Assembly (NCBI GenBank): GCA_964538435.1
Contig: CAZIDX010000006.1
Location: 11,923 to 75,922 of the forward strand
Direction of reading: 5' to 3'
Length of the DNA: 64,000 nt
Origin: an uncultured Gammaproteobacteria bacterium
Lineage (GTDB): Bacteria > Patescibacteriota > Patescibacteriia > UBA9934 > GWF2-40-263
Part shown: positions 37,774-47,348 of the stretch, one piece after another
Position numbering within the stretch: position 1 is the first letter of the stretch
How the letters are laid out: each line of letters opens with the position of its first letter
Notes under the pieces: generated by a model
The model's database searches: none
Told to the model about the DNA's origin: nothing
What the model saw: only the letters and a program-made list of their open reading frames with translations
Position numbers and translations under genes: made by a program

Positions 37774-40413
37774 TTACTTCTCCCAACTCTCCATCTCTCC
37801 CCAGTTCTTTCCGGTTTCTACGTCGACTTTGAGGGGGACGTCGAACTCGGCTACGCTTTCCATCATTTCCTTGAGGCCGCGGGCGACGTCGTCGACAAGA
37901 CCTTCGTCTGCTTCGAGTACAAGTTCGTCGTGTACTTGTAGGAGCACTCGAGCCGGGAGTCCGCTTGCGCGCAGCCAGCCGTCTACAGCGAGCATGGCTT
38001 TTTTCATGAGGTCTGCTGCAGTTCCCTGGATTGGCATGTTGATTGCCATGCGCTCGGCCTGGGCGATCAGCATTGGGATGCCGGTTTCTATTTCTGGGAG
38101 GTAGCGGCGGCGGCCGAAGAGTGTTTCTACGTAGCCTTGCTCGCGTGCGAGGTCTTTTGTGTCATCGAGGTAGGCTCGCACCGCTTTGTGTACTTGGAAG
38201 TACTTTTCGATGAACATCTTTGCTTCTTGTTGGGAAAAACCGGTTGAACGGGCGAGGGCGCGTGAGCCCATGCCGTACATGATTCCGAAGTTGATGGCTT
38301 TTGCTGCGCGGCGCTGCTCCTTTGTGACTTCCTCCTCGCTGATATCCCAGACTTCTGATGCTGTGCGTGTGTGAATGTCGGCACCTGATTGGAATGCCTC
38401 GATAAACGGCTTGTCTCCTGCGATGATGGCCATGAGGCGCAGCTCTACTTGTGAGTAATCTGCTGCGATGAGGGTTTTTCCTTTTGGCGCGATGAATGCT
38501 TTTCTGATTTCGCGCCCTAGTTCTGTTTTGATTGGAATGTTTTGCAGGTTTGGCTCAGAAGAAGAGAGTCGGCCGGTTGCTGTGACAGTCTGGTTAAACG
38601 ATGTGTGTATGCGCGCGTCTTTTTCTACGAGTTTTGGCAGAGCCTCGACGTACGTTGATTGGAGCTTTGCGAGCTCCCGGTATTCTGAGATGAGAGGAAT
38701 GACTTCGTGTGTACCATGAAGTTTTTCTAGCTCGCTTGCGGCTGTGGAGTATCCTGTTTTTGTTTTCTTGATTCCTTTGGTTGGGAGCTCTAGCTTTTCA
38801 AAGAGAACCTCTGCTAGTTGAGCAGGGGAGTTGATGTTGATCTCGTCTCCTGAGAACTTGTGAATCTTTTTTGTGAGCGTCTTGATCTGCTTTTCTAGTT
38901 TCTTTGAGAAACTTTCGAGTCCTTTTGTGTCGAGTTCGATGCCTGCTTTTTCCATTTCTACAAGCACTGGGACGAGAGGGATCTCAATCCCATCAAACAC
39001 TCCGCAAAGCTCTGCGTCTTTTAGATTGCGGTGCATGACATCTTCGAGCTTTGGCATGAGCGCGACAAGGGCTGCGAGCTTTTTGTAGTCTGCGTCTTTG
39101 TTGTAGTGAAGCGGGAGCTCTGGCGCTGAGGTGCCCAGTTGCTTGTTGATTGCAGAATGCAGATCGTGTGCGCGTGAACCTGAGTGCAGCAAATATGAGG
39201 CGATGGTTATGTCAAATACTTGTGTGCTGATTTTCCATCCTGTGCTGTGCATGAGCGTCTTGAGATCTGGAACCACGACTCGCGACGTCTTTTGAAGGGC
39301 TGCACCCACCTCGTCGAATACCTCTTGCTTTGGGTTTGGAATGACGAGTGTTTGTTTTCCATCAGAGAGCGCGATTGCTGCGACTGTGCCACCGAATAGA
39401 TCTGCTTGTTGCTCAGCTAGAATGAGACCGACTGTTTTGTCTGCGAAGTTTGAAAGCTTGTCTGAAAGCTCTTCTGTGTCTTTTAGGATCTCAACGGTGT
39501 CTTTTGCTTTTTGTTGACGCTTTGGTGCAGGTACATCTGCCATTGGGACCTGATGCTTTCTAAGGAGAGAGCGGAACTCTAGGTTGCGGTAGATCTCGAG
39601 CAGGGTCTTCCAGTCTGGTTCTTTTACTTTTGCAGAAGGGAAGCGGAAGCCGGTTTTTACGTCTCGCACAATCGTTGCAAGGAGTTTCGACTGCTCTGCG
39701 ACTTCTTCTTGACCTCGGAGCTTCTTTGCAAACTTCTCCACGATCTTTCCGTTCTTGAGCGCTTTGTATACACCGCCTAGTGTCTTGTGCTCTTGCAGAA
39801 GAAGGGTTGCTGTTTTGTCTCCCACCCCTGCTACGCCCGGGATATTGTCGCTTGGATCACCGCGAAGGGCTTTGTAGTCGATGAGTTGATCTGGTTTTAA
39901 TCCGTAACGCTCAAATACAGCTGCCTTGTCGTAAATTCGTGTTTCCCCGATACCCTTGATAAAAAACAGGATATGCACGCTGTCGTCTACGAGCTGAAGT
40001 GCGTCTAGATCGCCGGTTACAATCATGACGTCCATGCCTTTTTTTGCACCTTTAAGAGAGAGTGTGCCGATGACGTCGTCTGCTTCGAATCCTTCTGCGT
40101 CGATTGATGGGATTCCAAAGCCGTCGAGGATCTCTTGGATAAGATCGATCTGGTCGTAGAGCTCTTGCTCTTTTGTTTCGCGATTGGCTTTATAGTCTTC
40201 GCTGATGTCGTTGCGGAATGTGCCGCCTGGCAGGTCCCATGCAACCGCCATGTAATCTGGTTTGTGACGCTCGAGCATCTTTTCAATGACCATGGCAAAG
40301 CCATAGGCCGCATTTACAACAAGACCGTCTTTGGTGGTCAAAGGCGGTATTGCATGCCAGCTGCGATGGAGGAGTGCATTTCCATCGAGAAGTAGGAGAG
40401 TTGGTTTTTTCAT
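37774..40413 (-). CDS. polA: DNA polymerase I
   Basis: 5'-3' exonuclease (LLDGN, EADDVIGT, GDPSDNIPGV), degenerate 3'-5' exonuclease, polymerase motifs TGRLSS..PNLQNIP, ADYSQVELR, AKAINFGIMYG and LQVHDELV. Confidence 0.98.
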   Translation of the reverse strand: MKKPTLLLLDGNALLHRSWHAIPPLTTKDGLVVNAAYGFAMVIEKMLERHKPDYMAVAWDLPGGTFRNDISEDYKANRETKEQELYDQIDLIQEILDGFGIPSIDAEGFEADDVIGTLSLKGAKKGMDVMIVTGDLDALQLVDDSVHILFFIKGIGETRIYDKAAVFERYGLKPDQLIDYKALRGDPSDNIPGVAGVGDKTATLLLQEHKTLGGVYKALKNGKIVEKFAKKLRGQEEVAEQSKLLATIVRDVKTGFRFPSAKVKEPDWKTLLEIYRNLEFRSLLRKHQVPMADVPAPKRQQKAKDTVEILKDTEELSDKLSNFADKTVGLILAEQQADLFGGTVAAIALSDGKQTLVIPNPKQEVFDEVGAALQKTSRVVVPDLKTLMHSTGWKISTQVFDITIASYLLHSGSRAHDLHSAINKQLGTSAPELPLHYNKDADYKKLAALVALMPKLEDVMHRNLKDAELCGVFDGIEIPLVPVLVEMEKAGIELDTKGLESFSKKLEKQIKTLTKKIHKFSGDEININSPAQLAEVLFEKLELPTKGIKKTKTGYSTAASELEKLHGTHEVIPLISEYRELAKLQSTYVEALPKLVEKDARIHTSFNQTVTATGRLSSSEPNLQNIPIKTELGREIRKAFIAPKGKTLIAADYSQVELRLMAIIAGDKPFIEAFQSGADIHTRTASEVWDISEEEVTKEQRRAAKAINFGIMYGMGSRALARSTGFSQQEAKMFIEKYFQVHKAVRAYLDDTKDLAREQGYVETLFGRRRYLPEIETGIPMLIAQAERMAINMPIQGTAADLMKKAMLAVDGWLRASGLPARVLLQVHDELVLEADEGLVDDVARGLKEMMESVAEFDVPLKVDVETGKNWGEMESWEK

Positions 40414-40442
40414 GTAGTCTCAGTTTACGAGACTTTTCCGGT

Positions 40443-41201
40443 CTAGTCTATGTGTGTGCTTGCGCAGTTCCACACAAGATCAAAGAGTGTGCGGTATGTG
40501 CGAGCGACATCACCTGAGGCAACAATGATCATAGTGTTCTCGCGACGGGTTGTAATAAAAGCAACTTGATCTGCAAAGATAATGACAGATGAAGGCAGAT
40601 CTAGGCCAGCTGGAATAAATCGGGACTCGCGAAGCTCAGCCTCGTCACGCTCAACGATTTTTCGTGTTTCGCGATTCTCTGGAATGAGTTGCTTGCTTTT
40701 AATGCCGCGTCGCTTGCGCTCTGCAATCACGCGCTCTACAAGATAAGGCTCCTTCACGTAATCGAGCAGGCCAACTCCTGAGGTGATGAGCCTGTACTCT
40801 GTGACTCCTGATGCGTAGATGTGGCGCCAGAGCTTTTTGAATCCGTCTGTGCCTTCAAAGAAAGATACACCTGGTCCACCCTGAGCTGTTTCTTGCAAAA
40901 CCTCGAGTGATGGAAGGCTTTTCTCGAGCAGGCTCTGCCGATCTAGTAGATGTTGGCGAAGGAGCTCTGGTGATTCTGCTGTGTAGACGATTCGTTTTTT
41001 TTCTTTTCCGCGCTTGTATGCACCCAGGCGTCTGAGTTTTTCAAGCATTGGATACAGTGTGGTGCGGGGGATTTGTGTGCGGCGCGAGAGCTCGAGCACG
41101 GTTGCTGTGCCAAGCTCAAGACCAGCCAAGTAGATCTTGGCTTCTTTTTTGTCGAGACCGAATGCCTCGAGGCCTTCGAGTACTTCGGGTGAGTAGTGCA
41201 T
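40443..41201 (-). CDS. TrmB-family transcriptional regulator
   Basis: L..FGL..KEAKIYLA.LELG, IPRTTLY, V.FFEG.DG.K; likely start ATG 41201, 8 nt after TATGAT. Confidence 0.88.
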   Translation of the reverse strand: MHYSPEVLEGLEAFGLDKKEAKIYLAGLELGTATVLELSRRTQIPRTTLYPMLEKLRRLGAYKRGKEKKRIVYTAESPELLRQHLLDRQSLLEKSLPSLEVLQETAQGGPGVSFFEGTDGFKKLWRHIYASGVTEYRLITSGVGLLDYVKEPYLVERVIAERKRRGIKSKQLIPENRETRKIVERDEAELRESRFIPAGLDLPSSVIIFADQVAFITTRRENTMIIVASGDVARTYRTLFDLVWNCASTHID

Positions 41202-41368
41202 ACGCATATATCATACGATCTCACACCTTAGCTGAGGAGTCAAAAAGTTGTCGAATTTTTAGACACTATTTTTTGCACATGGTCGAAACCTGAGACAACT
41301 GCTCTGGGCGAGGGGATGTTTTGTCGATACGGTGAACATGCGAGACGCTTTCCTCTGAACCTAATGAG

Positions 41369-41743
41369 GTGGTCATGCTGACTCTTTCCGTCTTCGTCTC
41401 CAGCATGGTCTTCCTGGCTGCTGCGCATTTTCTGGGCGACTACGCGTTCCAGAGTGCGTGGATGGCTGCCAAGAAGGTTCCGTCCAACCACGTTCCAGGC
41501 AAGGATCCGGCAGGGCCTTGGGAGGTCCTGACCTACCACTGCCTGACCTACACGGCCACGTTCCTCCTGCTCCTTGAGATCCGCGGCGCGCCGTACTCGC
41601 TCTGGGCCCTCGTGTTCATCTTCGCGATGCACATGGCCTGCGACGCGCTCAAGTCGCGAGAGATTCTGATCAAGAAAATCTGGCAGGACCAAGTGGTCCA
41701 CCTTGGCACGCTCGCCATCGTCATTTTGGCGGGGTGGGTGTGA
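41369..41743 (+). CDS. DUF3307-like small membrane protein
   Basis: AHFLGDYAFQS.WMA.KK, H...Y, H...D..K and DQ.VH motifs. Confidence 0.85.
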   Translation: MVMLTLSVFVSSMVFLAAAHFLGDYAFQSAWMAAKKVPSNHVPGKDPAGPWEVLTYHCLTYTATFLLLLEIRGAPYSLWALVFIFAMHMACDALKSREILIKKIWQDQVVHLGTLAIVILAGWV

Positions 41744-41859
41744 TCCCAGCCTTCTCATAGCCTCGACACGCAGTCGGGGCTTTTTCGATTGAATCATTGA
41801 CTAAAAGTCCCAATTTTGCTTTAATCTTTTGGTGGTAACAACGACCTGAGGAGGGGTTA

Positions 41860-43140
41860 GTGCAAGAGCAGAAGTTGTTTTTTCCTGAGCAGGCACATGT
41901 ATTCCACTCGATGCCAGAGCAGTTCTGGATCATTCGACAGATGGAGGAGATCTATCGAAATCTAGTTGATCATGGATACTCGCGGGCTGATGCGCTGTAC
42001 TTTGCCTATGTGCAGACGCACAAGAATCAGTTTGAGACATCCTGCGGGGCAGGGGCTGATACGTTCCGACGCGACATGACATCGCTTCTTCGCTCTGCAA
42101 AAGACATCATCCGTGAGGTCACCAAGGATTACTACTGGCCCATGCGCGAACCGCTTCAGCTTCACAACACCATCTCGCTGTGCCTGGACCCGATCCGCAT
42201 GTTCGAGATTGCGATCGCAGGACCGACACCGAGAGCAGACCCGCTTGAGCAACGTCGCGACTTCGAGGCTCTTCGCCAGTTCGCGATCGCGCTTCAATTC
42301 TACGCGATCGAGTGCGCAGATCCTGAGCACGAGGTTGCAGAAGACCTGTTCAGGATCGAGGAACTTTCCTGGGAGCGTCTGTTCATTCGTGGTGAAGGCC
42401 TGACGCTTTGGGTCATCAACCACATGAACCCTTCAAAGGGATATCGGTCTGGGAAGATCGAGTTCTTTGACAAGAAGAAGCCGGCCACGAGACGATCGAA
42501 AAGCCTCGCGCGCAAAGGCGTCCCGCACAAGGTGCACATCATTCCGAGTCGCTTGGTGAGAATCGGGAAAAAGGAGCTCATTGTTTTTGCTGCAGAGCGC
42601 AGCAAGGACCTGTTCTCCACCTTGCTCAAACTCGAGCGAGGTCGAAAGGCTGTGGACCGGCGTGGGTGGAAGTACGTCATTGTTGGATCGCGCGGCACCA
42701 AGAAAATCAAGCTCGCAACGCGAACTGATGCCGAACTCTTCCTGGAGCACACAAGGACTTTTCTCTGGCAGGACCCGCTCTTTGCGAATCCTGACGACTC
42801 TGAAGAGGTTGGAAATCCTTACCGCGACCCAACGTACTGGGACAAAAAGATCGATGGTCGGTTCCATCATCAAAACGGGGAACGCATCATCGCTGGCGCT
42901 GCTGAGCAGATTGTGACCACGCTTCGTGACTACCTGGACGCAACAACGTGTCACGATCGCCTGAACCACACTCTGTACAAAGCAGATCAGATCTTCGACG
43001 TGATCACCCCGATCTGGTTCCCGCGCAGGCGCGGCCCTTATCAGGACAATGATCGCATTCGGATCCCCAACTACGGTATCAACTGGGAGCTGGAGAGCGT
43101 TCGACAAGAGCTCGAGAGCTTCTGGAGAACCAGGATCTAG
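41860..43140 (+). CDS. Divergent RelA/SpoT-like nucleotidyltransferase-domain protein
   Basis: RSKDLFSTLLKLER, DRRGWKYVI, AEQIVT and NHTLYK in the order of the RSH synthetase motifs; GAGGAGG SD. Confidence 0.55.
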   Translation: MQEQKLFFPEQAHVFHSMPEQFWIIRQMEEIYRNLVDHGYSRADALYFAYVQTHKNQFETSCGAGADTFRRDMTSLLRSAKDIIREVTKDYYWPMREPLQLHNTISLCLDPIRMFEIAIAGPTPRADPLEQRRDFEALRQFAIALQFYAIECADPEHEVAEDLFRIEELSWERLFIRGEGLTLWVINHMNPSKGYRSGKIEFFDKKKPATRRSKSLARKGVPHKVHIIPSRLVRIGKKELIVFAAERSKDLFSTLLKLERGRKAVDRRGWKYVIVGSRGTKKIKLATRTDAELFLEHTRTFLWQDPLFANPDDSEEVGNPYRDPTYWDKKIDGRFHHQNGERIIAGAAEQIVTTLRDYLDATTCHDRLNHTLYKADQIFDVITPIWFPRRRGPYQDNDRIRIPNYGINWELESVRQELESFWRTRI

Positions 43141-43241
43141 CTCAACGAAGCTGCCTTTTGAGGCGGCTTTTCTAATTGACAGAATTCGGGATGGGGAGTA
43201 AATTCAGTCCTCGCACTGTCGAGAGGAAGGAGGTAGATACC

Positions 43242-43655
43242 ATGACCGATCAGGAGGCACTTTTTCAGCTACTCAGCGAGGAGGGTCTTCTCGTTGGAGG
43301 CACCATCGTGGAGCACACCCCCAACGGACTAGTGTATGGAACGATCAGTGGTTCTGACGTGGGAGAGTCTGGGTCATTGTCCATCGAATGGAACGATGGT
43401 TCTTGCAGAGTTGCTTTGTTTCACCAACTTCATTGGTTGCTCTCGGTGATCAGTGGTGTCGTTTTCCTACAACGAGTCCTGCGGAACCCTATGGGTTGCA
43501 ACCTACCCCCCAAAGAAATGAACCTCTACACCCTGATCCCGCCCCAGCAGGAGTCCGTGTCTGAACACGAATCGATCTTCGAGACCCCGCGGCGTCGGCC
43601 ACCCCCAAGCGATGCTCTGATCAGGCTCGGACGCTGGGATCGCCGGCGTCGATGA
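43242..43655 (+). CDS. Hypothetical protein
   Basis: TTGACA-17-TAAATT promoter, AAGGAGGT SD, ATG 43242, terminator after the stop. Confidence 0.7.
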   Translation: MTDQEALFQLLSEEGLLVGGTIVEHTPNGLVYGTISGSDVGESGSLSIEWNDGSCRVALFHQLHWLLSVISGVVFLQRVLRNPMGCNLPPKEMNLYTLIPPQQESVSEHESIFETPRRRPPPSDALIRLGRWDRRRR

Positions 43656-43718
43656 GCTACGCAAGCTGCCCTCTAGGGTGGCTTTTTCAATTCAATTATG
43701 CTCACCCTCTCCACACCA

Positions 43719-43835
43719 CGTCATCCTGAAGGAGTTTGAATTGACTGAAGGATCCCACACACAGCAAGACAAACCTGCAATGAGCAGCGTCGAGGTCATT
43801 GTTGGAGGGGATCCTTCGCTGCGCTCAGGATGACA
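43719..43835. repeat. Inverted pair of CGTC-type REP elements
   Basis: CGTCATCCTGAAGGA...CTGAAGGATCCC (43719-43756) and GGGATCCTTCGCTGCGCTCAGGATGACA (43808-43835). Confidence 0.7.
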
Positions 43836-43886
43836 GGGTGGGGTGAAGGCAATTCAAAAACCCCTGCTATCGCAGAGGTTTCTGAA

Positions 43887-44032
43887 TGGGGCGACCAATC
43901 CCGACGATCCGGCGAAGCCGGATGTCGGGACCCCGACACCAAAAGTCGTCGGGGCGGGTGTAATTCATGTTCGATTCCCGTTTCCACTAAAAAACCCTCG
44001 CTTGCGCGAAGATTTTTTAGTGGGGCGACCAA
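43887..44032. mobile_element. Possible mini-element at the tRNA-His 3' end, flanked by a 12-bp direct repeat
   Basis: TGGGGCGACCAA at 43887-43898 and 44021-44032; hairpin-rich 122-bp interior. Confidence 0.5.
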
Positions 44033-44096
44033 CGGGAATCGAACCCGTAATACCAGTACCACAAACTGGTGTGATAACCGTTTCACCATGGTCGCC
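44021..44096 (-). tRNA. tRNA-His(GTG)
   Basis: 8-bp acceptor stem GGCGACCA/TGGTCGCC (G-1:C73), CCAGT-TTGTGGT-ACTGG anticodon arm, CCA end. Confidence 0.96.
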
Positions 44097-44181
44097 ATGG
44101 ACGGAGGGAGGATATCAAATATTCAAAAAGAGATCAAGAGTAACAGAAACACCCCGACCTGTGCGGTCGAGGTGCCGTGTG

Positions 44182-44508
44182 TCATCTCACTCTTTTTATC
44201 CAGAACTTGATCGGGCTCTTGTAGTCTAGCCACTCGAGAGCAAGTCCTGAGACTTGTCTTTTCACCCTCCCCTGAGTTGTGTTCACCCAGATATATGGAG
44301 CGCCCTCACACCCATAATCTTTTGTCCGGCCACAACGAAAGATTGCTTCGTAGTACTTCATCCCAAAAGATTGGAATTTACCCAGATGATCAAGTAGATA
44401 TTCGAAGTCTTCCGTACCCGCCCAGTCTTCGTCATTCACCCCACCTACCTCAGGTGAGGTTGAACAAATGAGCTCGTAAACCCTATCGCCTGCGCGAATT
44501 TCCATCAT
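44182..44508 (-). CDS. Hypothetical protein, last gene of the Lrp-linked operon
   Basis: ATGA overlap with the upstream methyltransferase; terminator-like hairpin downstream. Confidence 0.6.
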   Translation of the reverse strand: MMEIRAGDRVYELICSTSPEVGGVNDEDWAGTEDFEYLLDHLGKFQSFGMKYYEAIFRCGRTKDYGCEGAPYIWVNTTQGRVKRQVSGLALEWLDYKSPIKFWIKRVR

Positions 44509-45503
44509 CCTTTCCCTTTCACACCACTGAATACGAACGTGCGTTCGATGTGTTCTGTGATGAACGTGTTTTGTGTATTCTCAAACCAACTTGCCAATGT
44601 CTTACCATCGATCACTGGACACTCGACAGGAGGCGCATCGCCATGCAGCATGAAGTGTGGTTTATACCATTTCATATACTCCTCATGTGTCGGTACATAG
44701 AAATCTGCCACCCCAATAAACCCACCGGGTTTGGCAGCCTCTTCCATTTGCTGACACAGAAGTTTTCTTCCATGAAGATTCATATGGTGGTGTGTGTAAG
44801 CCGAGAGCACAACATCAAAATTACCTATCACTTCGTCTGGTAGCTTCTCCCCATCACCAAGGTAGTAAGTCGTCTTTTCATCTGCAAGCATTTTTTTGTA
44901 CACCCCCCCGTCCTTACCAGCAAAAGAGAGCTGATACTCTTCAATCATTTCGTTTGGGACAATGAATTGACCAGCCTTTGTTACCTCAAGAACATTTGGA
45001 ACGATATCAAGCATTGCGATCTGGACCTTATCGAGAAGTCCTGCTCGATCAAATGCACGTAGCGCAAACAGGGTTGTGATTGCGCCACCGCAAGGTCCGA
45101 TATCGATAAGACTAATCTCGTCTTGCTGTTTAAGTGTTTCGATATTCTCCCACAGATAAGACTCGAGCCGATTCGACAACTCATTATTTCCTTCAGAAAC
45201 CCATCTGTCTTCAAAAAACTTCTCAGAGACATATTTCTCATTCACACCAGATGGAAACCGACGCACAGCCCCTTGCTCGAGCACACTTACGTCCATGAGT
45301 GGATGGAGGTAAAAGAGTTCTTCATCAAGATTAACAGGTGTCTCGTAAGTGAATTCACTTTGTTCGTCTCGGTGCGGATTTTTACCCTCGGGAAAGAATC
45401 TTGGATCAATGAGGTGCAGATATTCTTTTTGTTTATCAGAAAAATTTTCAGGCTTCACCAGAAGCGTGTCAAAATCAACAAGTTGTTCTAGATGTTTGCT
45501 CAT
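44505..45503 (-). CDS. Class I SAM-dependent methyltransferase
   Basis: LIDIGPCGG (motif I), AMLDI, FDVVLSAYTHHHM and KPGGFIGVADF. Confidence 0.8.
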   Translation of the reverse strand: MSKHLEQLVDFDTLLVKPENFSDKQKEYLHLIDPRFFPEGKNPHRDEQSEFTYETPVNLDEELFYLHPLMDVSVLEQGAVRRFPSGVNEKYVSEKFFEDRWVSEGNNELSNRLESYLWENIETLKQQDEISLIDIGPCGGAITTLFALRAFDRAGLLDKVQIAMLDIVPNVLEVTKAGQFIVPNEMIEEYQLSFAGKDGGVYKKMLADEKTTYYLGDGEKLPDEVIGNFDVVLSAYTHHHMNLHGRKLLCQQMEEAAKPGGFIGVADFYVPTHEEYMKWYKPHFMLHGDAPPVECPVIDGKTLASWFENTQNTFITEHIERTFVFSGVKGKG

Positions 45504-46434
45504 ATTCTTTGATAGTTATTCCAGTAGCCTTTTCAAAATTCTTGTCTGTGATATTGCCACCTGAGACAATGCAAGCGCGGATCTTTTTGTCCTTGCCATC
45601 AATCTTTGCTGCTGCGTATGCGATTGCTCCGGCGCCCTCGACCGCCTCTCCAGTCTTTTCGTAGATCTCTCGCATTGCGTCTTTGATCTGATCCTCGGTT
45701 GGCGTAATGAAACGATCAACGTTTTCTGAGATGATCTGGTAAGTCACAGTGGACGGACTAAGGTTCACAGCAAGTTTTTCTGCTTGCGACTTGTTTGGCC
45801 TTACCTCTGTGACACCACCCTTCTCTACCGCCGTCACCATGGCGTGCATATTCTCAGGCTGCACTCCCACGATCTCGATCTCTGGCTTCATCGCTTTAAG
45901 TGCAACAGAGATTCCTGAGATGAGCCCGCCGCCACCAACAGGAACATAGACGATATCTAGGTTTTTGATTTGGTCGAACAGCTCGAGACCAATTGTTCCT
46001 TGGCCAGCGATCACATCCTCGTCGTTGTACGGGTGAACAAATGGAATACTGTTCTCACGAGCGTGCTGCACAGCCATCTGCTCAGTAGAGCCAAACACAT
46101 CTGTTCCGTAGAGCACCTCATCAACCAAGCCCTCCATCTTTTCTTCTGCATCTGCTGGTGGGTTTTGAATCATCACGCAAATCGTGTGTATGCCAAGTTT
46201 CTTTCCAATGTGACCCAAAGCAAACCCATGCGTTCCGAGCGCTGACGTCATGACTTTCTTTGATGGATTATTGGTCATTGCGCTTGCTGCCCCACGAATC
46301 TTAAAACCTTTCACAACAGGCTGGTGGTTCTCGAGTTTTAGAAAAAGACCAGGATCAATCTCTTTGACTGGTGTGAGCTCAACAAGGTCTTTGATTCTTT
46401 TTTCCGAATCTTTTATGTCTTGAAGTGTAACCAT
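45475..46434 (-). CDS. PLP-dependent threonine/serine dehydratase or racemase-like enzyme (fold type II)
   Basis: FLKLENHQ...GFKIRGA, HPYND..VIAGQGTIGLE, VPVGGGGLISG and SGGN; no regulatory domain. Confidence 0.88.
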   Translation of the reverse strand: MVTLQDIKDSEKRIKDLVELTPVKEIDPGLFLKLENHQPVVKGFKIRGAASAMTNNPSKKVMTSALGTHGFALGHIGKKLGIHTICVMIQNPPADAEEKMEGLVDEVLYGTDVFGSTEQMAVQHARENSIPFVHPYNDEDVIAGQGTIGLELFDQIKNLDIVYVPVGGGGLISGISVALKAMKPEIEIVGVQPENMHAMVTAVEKGGVTEVRPNKSQAEKLAVNLSPSTVTYQIISENVDRFITPTEDQIKDAMREIYEKTGEAVEGAGAIAYAAAKIDGKDKKIRACIVSGGNITDKNFEKATGITIKEYEQTSRTTC

Positions 46435-46436
46435 AA

Positions 46437-47348
46437 CTAGTTTGAAATAATTGTCTCAGCGAGCGCAGCGTCTGTGGCTGGTGGTCCGTGGTGCTTGAAA
46501 ACGATCACACCCTCAGCACCCACAAGAGATGGATCAGAGATCGTTTGACCAAGCTCAACAATGCTTCCAAGGTCATACCCTTCACCTTTGGCTAGCTTGA
46601 TCTCATCATACATTGGAATGTTTTGCTCAGAATCCACGATCACTTGAGCGTTTCCGACCGTGCCCTCTGGAACCTCTTGGTCTTTTTTCATGGCGCCCAC
46701 ACCAATAATCAAAGCGTGCTCTGACACATCTTTGGCATCAAACACAGGATTGCTTGATGTGGTTGCTGTGACAATTATATCTGCACCGAGCACGGCTTCT
46801 TTTGCGCTTTTTGCAGCTGTGATCTTTATCTCACCAGCAAGCTCGCTTACTGACGCTTCGAGATGCTCTCTTGTTGGGCTATGCATCCGCACCTCTTTTA
46901 TCTCTGGAAAAAGTTTTGTAAGTATCCGAGCATGAGCCTTTCCTTGAACACCACTTCCAAAGATTGCCAAGATGTTCTTTTTCCGAGCGAGGTGCTTCAC
47001 ACCAACAGCAGAAGAGAGGGAAGTGCGAATCGCTGCAAAGTGCCGCGCTTCAATGATTGAGTTTAAGATTCCTGTCTTGCTATCAAACACCAAGATGTAC
47101 GGGTGAACAGTTGGTAGACCTTTTTCACGATTGCGCCTGTAGTCAGTAGCTTGCTTTGAGATAAAGATCGGGCTTTCTTGCAAGTACGCTGGGAACGAAT
47201 AAAACATCCCGTCATTTACTGACATCGAAGTTGTCTCAGGGATTTGCGTGCGCCCAGAAGAGTAGTCTTGATAGCTTTTTTCGATTGCTGCAAAAGCCTT
47301 TTCAAGATCAATGGACTCTTTCACTTGTTTTTCTGAAATGATGTTCAT
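46437..47348 (-). CDS. Ornithine cyclodeaminase / mu-crystallin family protein
   Basis: LVFDSKTG, AIRT..SAV, IFGSGVQG and ADIIVTAT.S..PV. Confidence 0.9.
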   Translation of the reverse strand: MNIISEKQVKESIDLEKAFAAIEKSYQDYSSGRTQIPETTSMSVNDGMFYSFPAYLQESPIFISKQATDYRRNREKGLPTVHPYILVFDSKTGILNSIIEARHFAAIRTSLSSAVGVKHLARKKNILAIFGSGVQGKAHARILTKLFPEIKEVRMHSPTREHLEASVSELAGEIKITAAKSAKEAVLGADIIVTATTSSNPVFDAKDVSEHALIIGVGAMKKDQEVPEGTVGNAQVIVDSEQNIPMYDEIKLAKGEGYDLGSIVELGQTISDPSLVGAEGVIVFKHHGPPATDAALAETIISN

